A DNA stretch of 64,000 nucleotides from Occultella glacieicola. GTDB lineage: Bacteria > Actinomycetota > Actinomycetes > Actinomycetales > Beutenbergiaceae. Where the stretch lies: the NCBI RefSeq assembly GCF_004353825.1, contig NZ_SMNA01000001.1:248001-312000 (forward strand). The letters are read 5' to 3'. The notes below the pieces were generated by a model that was given only the letters and a program-made list of their open reading frames with translations, did no database searches and was not told the origin of the DNA. A program made the position numbers and the translations under genes. The first letter of the stretch is position 1. Each line of letters begins with the position of its first letter. This document shows positions 39,006 through 48,291 of this stretch, piece by piece.

Positions 39006-39845
39006 TCAGTCCGGGGTGTGGATCCGGTCGAGGATCGCGCGGGCCTGACGCAGGACCGGCTCGTCGACCATCCGGCCCCGGTGCCGGAACACTCCCGGTC
39101 GGGCCCCCGCGGCCGCGAGGACTTCCCTGGCCCACGCGACCTGATCCGGGCCGGGTCGATACGCCGCGCGGATCGTCTCGACCTGCCCGGGATGGATGCA
39201 GGCCGTCGCGCTGAACCCGCTCGCGTTGGCGTCCTCGGCCTCCCGGGCGAGCCCGTCGAGATCGGCGATGTCCAGATGGACCGTGTCGATCGCTGCCTTG
39301 CCATACGCGCCCGCGGCGAGCAGCACCGCGGAACGGGCCGTTCGAGCGACGTCCCGATACGCGCCGTCGGGGCCGCGACTCGTCGTGCCGCCCAGGGAGG
39401 CCAGCAGGTCCTCGGCGCCCCACATCAGGGCGTGCACGGCTGGGGCGGCCGCCAGCACTGGCGCGGCCAGCACCCCGAGCGCGGTCTCGCACAGGGCGAT
39501 CACGTCGAAGCCGTCGAGGCGGGCGACCTGCGCCGGCGATTCCGCCTTGGCCAGCATGACCGTGCGGTAGTCGGTGCCGGCGAGGGCCTCGAGGTCGGCC
39601 TCGAACTCCGGACCACCGGCGGGGTTGACCCGCACGATCGTGTCGGCCGGATCGAGTGGTTCGGCGCGAAGCGCTGCCCGGGCCTGGGTCTTGCGCTCCG
39701 GGGCGACGGCGTCCTCCAGGTCGAGGATGACGGCGTCCGCTCGCTCGGACGCCTTGGCGAACCGGTCCGGCCGGTCGGCCGGGCAGAACAACAGTGCCGG
39801 ACCCCAGTTCCGGTTCGCCCGGTTCGCCGGGGCTGCCGCACTCAC
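39006..39845 (-). CDS. citE: CitE-like HpcH/HpaI acyl-CoA lyase
   Basis: Motifs LLFCPADRPDRF, ILDLEDAV, WGAEDL and CIHPGQV. GTGA overlap with the MaoC stop. Confidence 0.88.
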   Translation of the reverse strand: MSAAAPANRANRNWGPALLFCPADRPDRFAKASERADAVILDLEDAVAPERKTQARAALRAEPLDPADTIVRVNPAGGPEFEADLEALAGTDYRTVMLAKAESPAQVARLDGFDVIALCETALGVLAAPVLAAAPAVHALMWGAEDLLASLGGTTSRGPDGAYRDVARTARSAVLLAAGAYGKAAIDTVHLDIADLDGLAREAEDANASGFSATACIHPGQVETIRAAYRPGPDQVAWAREVLAAAGARPGVFRHRGRMVDEPVLRQARAILDRIHTPD

Positions 39846-40348
39846 CGGGAGCCCTCGCCGATCGCGTCCGCGCACCACACCAGGGTGGACCGGACGGCGG
39901 TGGCGACGATGGTGCCGTCCTGGTTCCGACCGGTGTGCTCGAGGGTCACGATGCCCTGACCGGGGCGTGAGGAGGAAAGCCTCTTGGAGCGCACACGCGT
40001 CTCCGAATAGAGCGTGTCACCGTGATAGAGCGGATGCGGAAACGTGACCGCCTCGAACCCGAGATTGGCCACGATGGTGCCCTGGGTCAACTGGGCGACC
40101 GAGGAACCCACGAGGGTGGCCAGTGTGAACATCGAGTTCACCAGCCGCTGTCCGAACGGCTGGCTCGCGGACCAGGCGGCGTCCAGGTGCAGCGACTGGG
40201 TGTTCATGGTGAGGGTCGTGAACAGCACGTTGTCCGCCTCGGTGACGGTGCGCCCCGGCCGGTGCTGGTAGAGCACGCCGGTGTCGAACTCCTCGTAGTA
40301 GAGACCCCGCTGTACCACGACGGCGCGCGGCTGTGACGGCTGTGTCAT
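39842..40348 (-). CDS. MaoC family hydratase (Rv2499c-like)
   Basis: QRGLYYEEF...HRPGRTVTEADNVLFTTLTMNTQSLHLD. Confidence 0.92.
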   Translation of the reverse strand: MTQPSQPRAVVVQRGLYYEEFDTGVLYQHRPGRTVTEADNVLFTTLTMNTQSLHLDAAWSASQPFGQRLVNSMFTLATLVGSSVAQLTQGTIVANLGFEAVTFPHPLYHGDTLYSETRVRSKRLSSSRPGQGIVTLEHTGRNQDGTIVATAVRSTLVWCADAIGEGSR

Positions 40349-40965
40349 GTCGAGTGCCACCCCTGCAGGGCCGGGTCGGCGGGGTCATCCGATCCGGTGC
40401 GGCTGCCCAGGAGTCGCCAGGTGCCGGGCAGGAGGAGGGCGACGGCGGCTGCCTTGAGCACGTCGCCGACCAGGAAGGGGAGCACGCCCAGCGCGATCGC
40501 CTCGGGCAGGCCAACTCCTAGGGCGACCATGAGCCACGGAACGCCGAACAGGTAGATCACCGCGCCGGCCGCCGCAAACATGGCGGCCGCTCGCCAGACG
40601 GAGCGGTCGGCGCCGCGGGCGGCCAGCCAGCCCGCGAGGGCGGCGGCCGGCAGGTAGCCGAGGGCGTAGCCGAAGGAGGCGGCCTCCCATCCGGAGCCCC
40701 AGCCCGCGAACACCGGTGCGCCGACGATCCCGGCGACCAGGAACAGGCCGAGGCTGAGCATGGCGCGGACGGGACCCAGCGCGGCTCCGACGGCGAGCGC
40801 GGCGAACGTGCCGAGCGTCAGCGGGACCGGAGTGAACGGCAGCGGGACCGAGATCTGGCCGACCAGAGCAACGGTGGTGGCGCCGCCGACCACGAGGGCG
40901 GCGTCGCGCACGCGGGTCCCGGGCAGCAGATCGCCGAGCACGGGTGGACTGAGAGTCATCGACAT
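40345..40965 (-). CDS. bioY: Biotin transporter BioY
   Basis: Motifs PLPFTPVPLTLGT, GAPVFAG, SFGYALG and GVLPFLVGD. Confidence 0.92.
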   Translation of the reverse strand: MSMTLSPPVLGDLLPGTRVRDAALVVGGATTVALVGQISVPLPFTPVPLTLGTFAALAVGAALGPVRAMLSLGLFLVAGIVGAPVFAGWGSGWEAASFGYALGYLPAAALAGWLAARGADRSVWRAAAMFAAAGAVIYLFGVPWLMVALGVGLPEAIALGVLPFLVGDVLKAAAVALLLPGTWRLLGSRTGSDDPADPALQGWHST

Positions 40966-41009
40966 TCGGATTCTCCGATCGGGAGGGCGATACGCGTGGA
41001 CGTGGTCGA

Positions 41010-43070
41010 TCATGGCGCAGGCGCGCCCGTCGCCACAGTGGCCGCCCCGCCCGTCTCACTGTCGTGGCTGTCGGAGGTCACCGAGAACAGTTCCTGCCCG
41101 GCCGCGACCTGGTCGCCCGAGGCCACGGCGACGGTGCCGACGGTCCCGTCGTGCGGCGCCGTCAGGGTCACCTCCATCTTCATCGCCTCGAGCACGCCGA
41201 GGTGTTCTCCTTTGACCACGGTCTGTCCAGCCTGGACGACGACGCTCAGGACGAGGCCGGGCATGGGTGCGCGAACGACATCCTCGGTGGGCGCGGCGTG
41301 CTCGGCGGCCAGGCTGCTGGCGGGCCGGATCGTGTGGTTCTGGCCGTGCAGGCAGACGACGGCGGACCCCGCCTCGAACTCGTCGAGCTCGTGCGTCACC
41401 TCGTGCACGACGCCGTCGATCTCCAGCCGTGCTCGGCCGGGCAGGGCGAGCATCGGGTGCACGGTCGCGACCCGGTGACCGTCACCTCCGGCGTGCTCTG
41501 CGGAGCCCGGTCGACCGGCGCCTGGCGGGCGGCCGCCCTCCAGGCGCACCTCGTGCGCGCTCCGGTCGACCCGGACGATGCGCCGAACCTCGCCCACGGT
41601 GAGGGTTCGGACGATCGGGGCGGCAGGTCCGCCGTCGCGCCAGCCGTCCCGCGCCCGGAACGGGTGCGGGGGATCGCCGTCGTCGGCAAGCAGCCAGGCG
41701 GCGACGACGAGCGGAAGGTAGGGGAGATCGACCGGGAACGGTGTGTCGGCGCGGTCGAGCCACGCCGTGTCGATCCGTGCGGCAGTGAACTCGCGGCCGG
41801 CGAGCAGCCGGCGCAGGAACCCGAGGTTCGTGGTGAGTCCGATGATGGCGGAGTCGTCGATCGCCTCGACGAGCCGTTGCCGGGCGGCCTCCCGGGTGGG
41901 CGCGTGGCTGATGACCTTGGCGAGCATCGGGTCGTACCAGGTGCCGACCTCCTGACCGCCGACGAGTGCCTCGTCGACCCGGGCGCGCGGGGACCAGCGC
42001 ACCGTCCGTGCGACCCCGGCCTGCGGAAGGAACTGGGCGCCCGGGTCCTCGGCGTAGACCCGGGCCTCGATCGCGTGCCCGGTGACGGTGACCTGCTCCT
42101 GGGTGAAGGCGAGGGCCTCGCCCTGGGCGATGCGGAGCTGCTCGGCGACCAGATCGACGCCGGTGACGAGCTCGGTGACCGGGTGCTCCACCTGGAGCCG
42201 GGTGTTCATCTCCAGGAAGTACGCCTCCTCGCCCTGCACCAGGAACTCCACGGTGCCCGCGTTCACGTACCCGACCTGGCTCGCGAGCCGGACGGCGGCG
42301 CTCGTCACGGTGTCCCGCACGGCGGTGCTGATGGTGGGAGCGGGCGCCTCCTCGACGACCTTCTGGTGGCGCCGCTGGACTGAGCAGTCCCGGTCGTACA
42401 GGTGCAGCACGTTGCCGTGGGAGTCGGCGAGCACCTGGACCTCGATGTGGCGACCGTGCTCGACGTAGCGCTCGATGAGCATCGTGTCGTCACCGAAGGC
42501 CGCCTTGGCCTCGCGGCGAGCGGACGCGAGGGCCGCGGGCAGCGCGGCGTCCTCACGGACGATCCGCATGCCCTTGCCCCCGCCACCCGAGACGGCCTTC
42601 ACCAGGAGCGGGAAGCCGATCTCGACGCGCGCCGCGGTCATCAGCGCCGCGTCGTCGGCACCCTCGACGGCGGGCAGCATCGGCACGCCCGCCGCCGCAG
42701 CGATCCGGCGTGCCTCGTCCTTGCGGCCCATGAGCTCGATGACCTCGGGGGAGGGGCCAACGAACACCAGACCCGCCTCCCGGCACGCGCTCGCGAACTC
42801 CGCGCGTTCGGACAGGAACCCGTAGCCAGGGTGCACCGCGTCCGCACCCGACCGGGAGGCGGCGTCGATCAGCGCGGGGATCGACAGGTAGGAGTCGGCG
42901 GCCGGGGGCGGACCCAGCCTGACCGCGGTGTCGGCGACCCGCACGTGCGGGGCGTCGCGGTCGGCGTCGGAGTAGACGGCGACAGTTCGCAGGCCGGCGT
43001 CGCGGGCGGCCCGCAGCACCCGTACCGCGATCTCGCCACGGTTGGCGACCAGGAGTGTTCCGAAGGACAT
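41010..43070 (-). CDS. Biotin carboxylase/BCCP subunit of methylcrotonyl-CoA carboxylase (AccA1-like)
   Basis: Motifs LVANRGEIA, HPGYGFLSE, GGGGKGMR, EMNTRLQVEH and biotinylation site EAMKME. Confidence 0.95.
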   Translation of the reverse strand: MSFGTLLVANRGEIAVRVLRAARDAGLRTVAVYSDADRDAPHVRVADTAVRLGPPPAADSYLSIPALIDAASRSGADAVHPGYGFLSERAEFASACREAGLVFVGPSPEVIELMGRKDEARRIAAAAGVPMLPAVEGADDAALMTAARVEIGFPLLVKAVSGGGGKGMRIVREDAALPAALASARREAKAAFGDDTMLIERYVEHGRHIEVQVLADSHGNVLHLYDRDCSVQRRHQKVVEEAPAPTISTAVRDTVTSAAVRLASQVGYVNAGTVEFLVQGEEAYFLEMNTRLQVEHPVTELVTGVDLVAEQLRIAQGEALAFTQEQVTVTGHAIEARVYAEDPGAQFLPQAGVARTVRWSPRARVDEALVGGQEVGTWYDPMLAKVISHAPTREAARQRLVEAIDDSAIIGLTTNLGFLRRLLAGREFTAARIDTAWLDRADTPFPVDLPYLPLVVAAWLLADDGDPPHPFRARDGWRDGGPAAPIVRTLTVGEVRRIVRVDRSAHEVRLEGGRPPGAGRPGSAEHAGGDGHRVATVHPMLALPGRARLEIDGVVHEVTHELDEFEAGSAVVCLHGQNHTIRPASSLAAEHAAPTEDVVRAPMPGLVLSVVVQAGQTVVKGEHLGVLEAMKMEVTLTAPHDGTVGTVAVASGDQVAAGQELFSVTSDSHDSETGGAATVATGAPAP

Positions 43071-43077
43071 GCGCTCC

Positions 43078-44646
43078 TCACATCCGGAAGACGCCATAGC
43101 CGGGCGCAGGGATCGGGGCGTTCGCGGCCGCGGCCAGCCCCATCCCGAGGACCCGGCGCGTGTCGAGCGGATCGATGATGCCGTCGTCCCAGAGTCGCGC
43201 GGTCGAGTAGTAGGGCGATCCCTGCCGCTCGTACTGCTCGCGGATCCCATCGACGAACTTCGTCTCCTGATCCGCCGGCCACTCGCCACCGCGGGCCTCG
43301 ATGCCGTCCCGGCGGACGGTGGCCAGCACCGCCGCCGCCTGCTCACCACCCATCACCGAGACACGGGCGTTCGGCCACATCCACAGGAACCGCGGGTCGA
43401 ACGCGCGCCCGGCCATGCCGTAGTTCCCGGCACCGAAGGAGCCGCCGATGACCACGGTGAACTTCGGCACCACGGAGCACGCGACGGCGGTGACCAGCTT
43501 CGCGCCGTCCTTGGCGATGCCACCACGCTCGTACTCGCGCCCCACCATGAAGCCGCTGATGTTCTGGAGGAAGACGAGGGGGATCCCGCGCTGGTTGCAC
43601 AACTCGATGAAGTGCGCGCCCTTGAGTGCTGACTCGCCGAACAGGATCCCGTTGTTGGCCACGACGCCGACGGGGAAGCCCCACACGTGCGCGAACCCGC
43701 AGACCAGGCTCTCCCCGTAGAGCGCCTTGAACTCGGCGAGCCGGGAGCCGTCGACGATCCGGGTGATCACCTCGTGCACGTCGTAGGGCACGCGGGGATC
43801 GGTCGGCACGAGGTCCAGCAGGGCCGCCGGGTCCTGGGCCGGCTCCTCGACGGTGACTTGTCGGATCGAGGGCTTGGTCGACCGCTCGATCGTGCCCACG
43901 ATCCGGCGCAGGATGCCGACGGCGTCCTCGTCGTCGGTAGCGAGGTGGTCGACGACCCCCGACAGTCGCGCGTGCACGTCGCCGCCGCCGAGTTCCTCGG
44001 CGGTGACCACCTCACCGGTCGCGGCCTTCACGAGCGGCGGCCCGCCCAGGAAGATCGTGCCCTGGTCCCTCACGATCACCGACTCGTCGGACATCGCGGG
44101 TACGTACGCGCCGCCGGCCGTGCACGAGCCCATCACGGCGGCGAGTTGGGGGATCCCGCTGGCCGACATCCTGGCCTGGTTGAAGAAGATCCGGCCGAAG
44201 TGGTCCCGGTCCGGGAACACCTCGTCCTGCAGGGGCAGGTAGGCGCCGCCGGAGTCCACGAGGTAGAGGCAGGGCAGTCTGTTCGCGGCCGCGATCTCCT
44301 GGGCCCGCAGATGCTTCTTGACCGTCATCGGGTAGTACGTACCGCCCTTGACGGTCGCGTCGTTGGCGACGACGACACAGGTCCGCCCGGCGACCTGCCC
44401 GAGGCCGGTGACGATCCCCGCGGCGGGGACGTCGCCGCCGTACATGTCGTAGGCGGCCAGTGGTGACAGTTCTAGGAACGGCGACCCCGGATCGAGCAGC
44501 CGGTCGATCCGGTCGCGGACCAGCAGTTTGCCGCGGGCGAGATGGCGCTCGCGGGAGGACTCACTGCCGCCCAGCCGGACCGTGATCAGCCGCTCACGCA
44601 ACTCGGCGGTGAGCGACGAGAGCGTCGTGACGGGATCGGTCTTCAC
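43078..44646 (-). CDS. Methylcrotonyl-CoA carboxylase carboxyltransferase subunit (AccD1-like)
   Basis: Motifs [34 protein letters not shown] and GVFRM C-terminus. Confidence 0.95.
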   Translation of the reverse strand: MKTDPVTTLSSLTAELRERLITVRLGGSESSRERHLARGKLLVRDRIDRLLDPGSPFLELSPLAAYDMYGGDVPAAGIVTGLGQVAGRTCVVVANDATVKGGTYYPMTVKKHLRAQEIAAANRLPCLYLVDSGGAYLPLQDEVFPDRDHFGRIFFNQARMSASGIPQLAAVMGSCTAGGAYVPAMSDESVIVRDQGTIFLGGPPLVKAATGEVVTAEELGGGDVHARLSGVVDHLATDDEDAVGILRRIVGTIERSTKPSIRQVTVEEPAQDPAALLDLVPTDPRVPYDVHEVITRIVDGSRLAEFKALYGESLVCGFAHVWGFPVGVVANNGILFGESALKGAHFIELCNQRGIPLVFLQNISGFMVGREYERGGIAKDGAKLVTAVACSVVPKFTVVIGGSFGAGNYGMAGRAFDPRFLWMWPNARVSVMGGEQAAAVLATVRRDGIEARGGEWPADQETKFVDGIREQYERQGSPYYSTARLWDDGIIDPLDTRRVLGMGLAAAANAPIPAPGYGVFRM

Positions 44647-44667
44647 CGGGGCGACCCTCCTCTGCGA

Positions 44668-44705
44668 GTTAGCAGTCGATAACGACGACGTTAGCAGTCG
44701 CTAAC
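44668..44705. promoter_or_regulatory. Twin 16-bp palindromic operators GTTA-N8-TAAC (BkaR-type)
   Basis: GTTAGCAGTCGATAAC at 44668-44683 and GTTAGCAGTCGCTAAC at 44690-44705, 22 bp apart. Confidence 0.8.
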
Positions 44706-44727
44706 TGCAGCGTCTAGACTCCCTGGT

Positions 44728-45474
44728 ATGAGCGCATCCGCGACATCTGCCTCAGGGTCGGGAGTTGGGCCGGCGCGGGGAGCGGCTGCCGGGCCCCGAA
44801 CGGCGGCGGCCGGGTCGGGTTCTGCTACAAGCGCACGGGGTGCTGGTTCCGTGGCCGGACGGACTCGCACCGGACCCGTGGCTGCTGGGTCCCGACGCGA
44901 GGAGATCCTGGCAGCGGCGGCGGACCTCTTCGCGCGCCACGGCTACCGCGGGGTCTCCATCTATGACATCGGCGCAGCGGTCGGGATCTCCGGGCCCGCC
45001 CTCTATCGGCACTTCCGGAGCAAGGGCGCTCTCCTCAGCGAGATGCTGGTCTCCATCAGCGCGACTTTGCTGTCCGAGGGCCGGCGCCGCTCGGAGGCCG
45101 CCGAGGACCCTCCCGCCGCCCTCGCTGCCCTGGTCGATTGGCACATCGAGTTCGCGCTGGATCACCTCCCGCTGATCACCATCCAGTTCCGGGACCTGGA
45201 CAGCCTGGGCGAGCCCGACCGCGATGAGGTCCGCCGGCTACAGCGGGAGTATGTCGAGATCTGGGTCCGGCTGATCCGTGAGCTGCATCCCGAGGTCGGA
45301 GAGCCGACCGCTCGATCCGGGGCGCACGCCGTGTTCGGACTGATCAACTCCACCCCGCACAGCGCCAGGCTGGCCCGGTCTGAGATGGAGGTCCTGCTGC
45401 GCACCATGGCTCTCGCGGCACTGGCGAGCGTCGCGGCATCCGTCCGGGTCGCCGGGGACGCCTCATCCGTGTAG
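44728..45474 (+). CDS. TetR regulator (BkaR/SACE_7040-like)
   Basis: HTH IGAAVGISGPALYRHF and AHAVFGLINSTPHS. TAGACT lies 7 nt before the ATG. Divergent from the carboxylase operon. Confidence 0.9.
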   Translation: MSASATSASGSGVGPARGAAAGPRTAAAGSGSATSARGAGSVAGRTRTGPVAAGSRREEILAAAADLFARHGYRGVSIYDIGAAVGISGPALYRHFRSKGALLSEMLVSISATLLSEGRRRSEAAEDPPAALAALVDWHIEFALDHLPLITIQFRDLDSLGEPDRDEVRRLQREYVEIWVRLIRELHPEVGEPTARSGAHAVFGLINSTPHSARLARSEMEVLLRTMALAALASVAASVRVAGDASSV

Positions 45475-45494
45475 GTCGCCAGGATGTGACGCTC

Positions 45495-45656
45495 GTTGGG
45501 GCGTTGGGGCGTTGGGGCGTTGGGGCGTTGGGGCGTTGGGGCGTTGGGGCGTTGGGGCGCTGGGGCGCTGGGGCGCTGGGGCGCTGGGGCACTGGGTCGC
45601 CGGGGTCGCTGGGTCGCTGGGGCGCTGGGTCGCCGGGGTCGCTGGGTCGCTGCGGC
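45495..45656 (+). repeat. 8-bp tandem array: 8x GTTGGGGC, 4x GCTGGGGC, then about 8 variant units
   Basis: Counted directly: 45495-45558, 45559-45590, then GCTGGGTC/GCCGGGGTC variants to 45656. Confidence 0.95.
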
Positions 45657-45747
45657 GATCCTCCACCGATTTGCGGCTTGCAATCTGGTGGTCTGAGGCC
45701 GATGCGCGGGCGCGCCCGAGGAGGGGGCCGGACCGGCCCGGCTCCCC

Positions 45748-47418
45748 TTACGGCCCGGGTCCGATGCGGTCACCGTCGGCGGTGTAGAACACCCACTGGT
45801 TGCCCTCCCAGACCATGGCGATCTGGCGGGTATCCACGAACCGGTGGTGATAGAAGCAGAGCAGGGCGCCGTTGGGCAGGTCGGTGTTCCCGCCGGCGGC
45901 CCAATGGACGTTTGCGTGGTGGCCCTCGCACAGGGCCGGCGGGGCCGTGCAACCGGGGTAGGTGCAGTGTCGGTCGCGGGCGATCATGGCGCGGCGTTGC
46001 GCGGAGGTGAAGCGGCGGTGGACCCGCCCGACGTTGATGACCTCGGAGTCCGGTCCGAAGATGATCCGGTAGATCTCGCCGCCGCAGGCGATCCGGCGCA
46101 GCACGGAGGGTGGGACGGGGCCGGTGCCATCGGCCCAGGTGGCCGGCGGTTGGGACAGGATCGCGTGCCAGTCCACGTTCTCGAGGGCCTTGAGGTTGGT
46201 CAGACCGCCGGTGCCGGGCCGCAGCGGCGGTAGGTCCCGACCGAACTCCGGGCGCGCGTCACAGGCGTCGGCTGCGCGGGCCCAGTCGGGAATGGCCGAG
46301 TCGCGCACGGATGTGGCGTCCCCGCCTCCCCAGCCGTGCCGGGCGCTGGTGGCGACGATGTGTTCGAACTCCGGCGCGCTGATGAGGACGCCCATATGGG
46401 GGCGCACGGACTGACCCTTACCGGCCAGGCCCTGGTTGAGAATCAACTGGGCGCCGTCGGCGAGAGCCTGGGCGCGGCGCTGGCTGGCGGTGCGGGTGTC
46501 GTCGGCTGCCGGGACGGGCGTCAGGGCGGCCAGTGCCTGCTTGACGAGTTGGCCATGTTCGTCCGTTAGGAATCCGGAGAGGTGGAAGCCGCCGGTGGTG
46601 GCGGCGAGGTCGAGGAACTCGCGCTCGCAGGCTTCCTTGTAGCCGCGTTCGTCGGACTCAGCGTCGGAGAGCGCGGCGAAGTACTTGCAGACCACGCGCA
46701 GGTCCTCGAAGGATCCGGTGCTCGCCAGGTGCAGGATCACCGACTCCGCGGTCGCATCGTCGTCGAAGGACGCCTCACCGGTGGCGCCGGCCGCACCGGC
46801 CTCGGTGCCTGTGCTCGTCGAGTCGGCTGCCTCGCCCGGCTGGCTCGGCTCGGCGTCACTTCCCTGGCTCAGGCCGCGGGCCGGCAGCCGGAGGGCGGCG
46901 CGGCGAGCGGCACTCGAGGCGGCGACGCTGGAGATCAGCGCGGCCTGCTCGACGCCGAGGTCGCCGCGTCGGATGGCCTCGCGGGCCTCGGGCAGATCGT
47001 TGCAGAGTCGCTCGGCGAGTCGGACCTCGCGCGAGGCCCGGGCGAAGGACATCTTGTGGGTGCGGGCCACGTGCTGGGTGTAGGTGCGCACGCGCCCGGA
47101 CAGGTCCCACATGCCCTCGGCCTTCTCCGCCGCGAGCCAGTCCAACCGCCGACCGGTGAGGATCTCGACGTCGCGGTGGGCCCGAACGCTGGCTTCGCCC
47201 AGCGCCCGCCCCGTGTGGTCGTGCTGTTCCTGGAGCCGGTCGACGTCGGCGAGCGCCGCCGTCACCGCGTCGAGGACGTAGAGCCGGTCGTCCAGGGACC
47301 CGGTCAGAAGGTCGGCCAGGGCGGCATCGCGGCGCGGGTCGGTGGCCAGGTCCGCGGGCTGCGCGCCGCCACCTTCCGGGCTGCCTTCGCCCGACGTGTG
47401 ACCGGTGGTCCAGTCCAT
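45748..47418 (-). CDS. DUF222 (13E12-repeat family) HNH endonuclease-signature protein
   Basis: DUF222 motifs RTASQRRAQAL and RRIAC...INVGR..RRFTSAQRRAMIARD. C-terminal CTYPGC..CEGHH..W..GGNTDL.NGALLCFYHH. Confidence 0.9.
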   Translation of the reverse strand: MDWTTGHTSGEGSPEGGGAQPADLATDPRRDAALADLLTGSLDDRLYVLDAVTAALADVDRLQEQHDHTGRALGEASVRAHRDVEILTGRRLDWLAAEKAEGMWDLSGRVRTYTQHVARTHKMSFARASREVRLAERLCNDLPEAREAIRRGDLGVEQAALISSVAASSAARRAALRLPARGLSQGSDAEPSQPGEAADSTSTGTEAGAAGATGEASFDDDATAESVILHLASTGSFEDLRVVCKYFAALSDAESDERGYKEACEREFLDLAATTGGFHLSGFLTDEHGQLVKQALAALTPVPAADDTRTASQRRAQALADGAQLILNQGLAGKGQSVRPHMGVLISAPEFEHIVATSARHGWGGGDATSVRDSAIPDWARAADACDARPEFGRDLPPLRPGTGGLTNLKALENVDWHAILSQPPATWADGTGPVPPSVLRRIACGGEIYRIIFGPDSEVINVGRVHRRFTSAQRRAMIARDRHCTYPGCTAPPALCEGHHANVHWAAGGNTDLPNGALLCFYHHRFVDTRQIAMVWEGNQWVFYTADGDRIGPGP

Positions 47419-47436
47419 GATCCTCACCTCCCCACC

Positions 47437-47483
47437 TCGAACGCGCGTACCAATGAGAACCACGTTACGCGGGTACGACCACA
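47437..47483 (-). promoter_or_regulatory. Putative LexA box and PafBC/RecA-NDp-like promoter upstream of the HNH gene
   Basis: TCGAAC-GCGC-GTACCA at 47437-47452 has 2 mismatches to TCGAAC-N4-GTTCGA. The minus strand reads TGTGGT-N10-TAACGT at 47483-47462. Confidence 0.45.
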
Positions 47484-47557
47484 AGGCAATGAGGGTGTCA
47501 AGCCAATGTGGATAGCGGTGCATCGGGGGGCCCGACTTGGCCTGCCCCGGCGCCCGG

Positions 47558-47600
47558 TCAATCGAACTGCAACCGAGCATCAACCGCAGGCTCCTACGGT
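47558..47600 (+). promoter_or_regulatory. Three 11-bp-phased heptamer repeats plus -10 (SARP-type promoter)
   Basis: TCAATCG at 47558, GCAACCG at 47569 and TCAACCG at 47580, followed by TACGGT at 47595-47600. Confidence 0.55.
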
Positions 47601-47644
47601 CCTCCGAGTGCCATCGACGTCGGTGGCTGGAGGAGGAGATCACG

Positions 47645-48291
47645 ATGGGACAGCCGTCGAGCACCGCACGCACACCGGTTCGCGGCCTACGCGTCACCGC
47701 CATCTGTCTCGCGATGCTGGTGGAGGGAATGAGCTCGTCCAGCATCAACGTCCAAGTGGCTGCACTCGACGAGGCGTTCGACCCGAACGGGCCGGAACTG
47801 GGTCTGGTGCGGCGGCATTCCTCGTCGCCTACGCCGGGCTGTTGCCTGGCGCCGGGCGACTCGTTGACGTCCGGGGCCGAGGTCCGGTGTTCCTCGCGGG
47901 CGTGATCGCCTTCGCCCCGGGATCCGTCGTGTGTGCGGCGGCCGGAACGATCTGGCTGATGATGCTCGGCCGGATCATCCAGGGCATCGGGGCCGCGCTG
48001 AGCGCCCCGGCGGCGCTCGCGCTGATCACCGAGGGATTGCCGGCGGGCGTGGCCCGAAACAAGGCCGTGGCCCTCTACGGCTCCATGGGCGCGGCAGGCT
48101 TCTCCGTCGGGCTGGTGGTGCCGGGAATCGTGGTGAGCCTGGTGGGGTGGCGGGCCAGTTTCCTCGTGGTGCTTCCTGTCGTGCTCGTCGTCGCCGTCGC
48201 GGCCTGGCCGCTTCGCGGGCTGCGGGGATCCCGGGACCGGGAACTTGACCTGGCCGGAACCACCTTGCTGACCGGTGCGATGATGCTCGCC
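47645..48291 (+). pseudogene. DHA2-type MFS transporter pseudogene (frameshift, 3' truncated)
   Basis: Reads MGQ...LAMLVEGMSSSSINV, shifts frame near 47808, then AGRLVDVRGR, GRIIQGIGAA and GWRASF. Similarity stops after DLAGTTLLTGAMMLA. Confidence 0.8.

Noticed and set aside
45495..45656. Possible CRISPR array or repeat-encoded peptide (PQRPNAPT)n
   Set aside because: The 8-bp units have no spacers and there are no cas genes. The unit length is not a multiple of 3, and the ORFs lack credible start signals.
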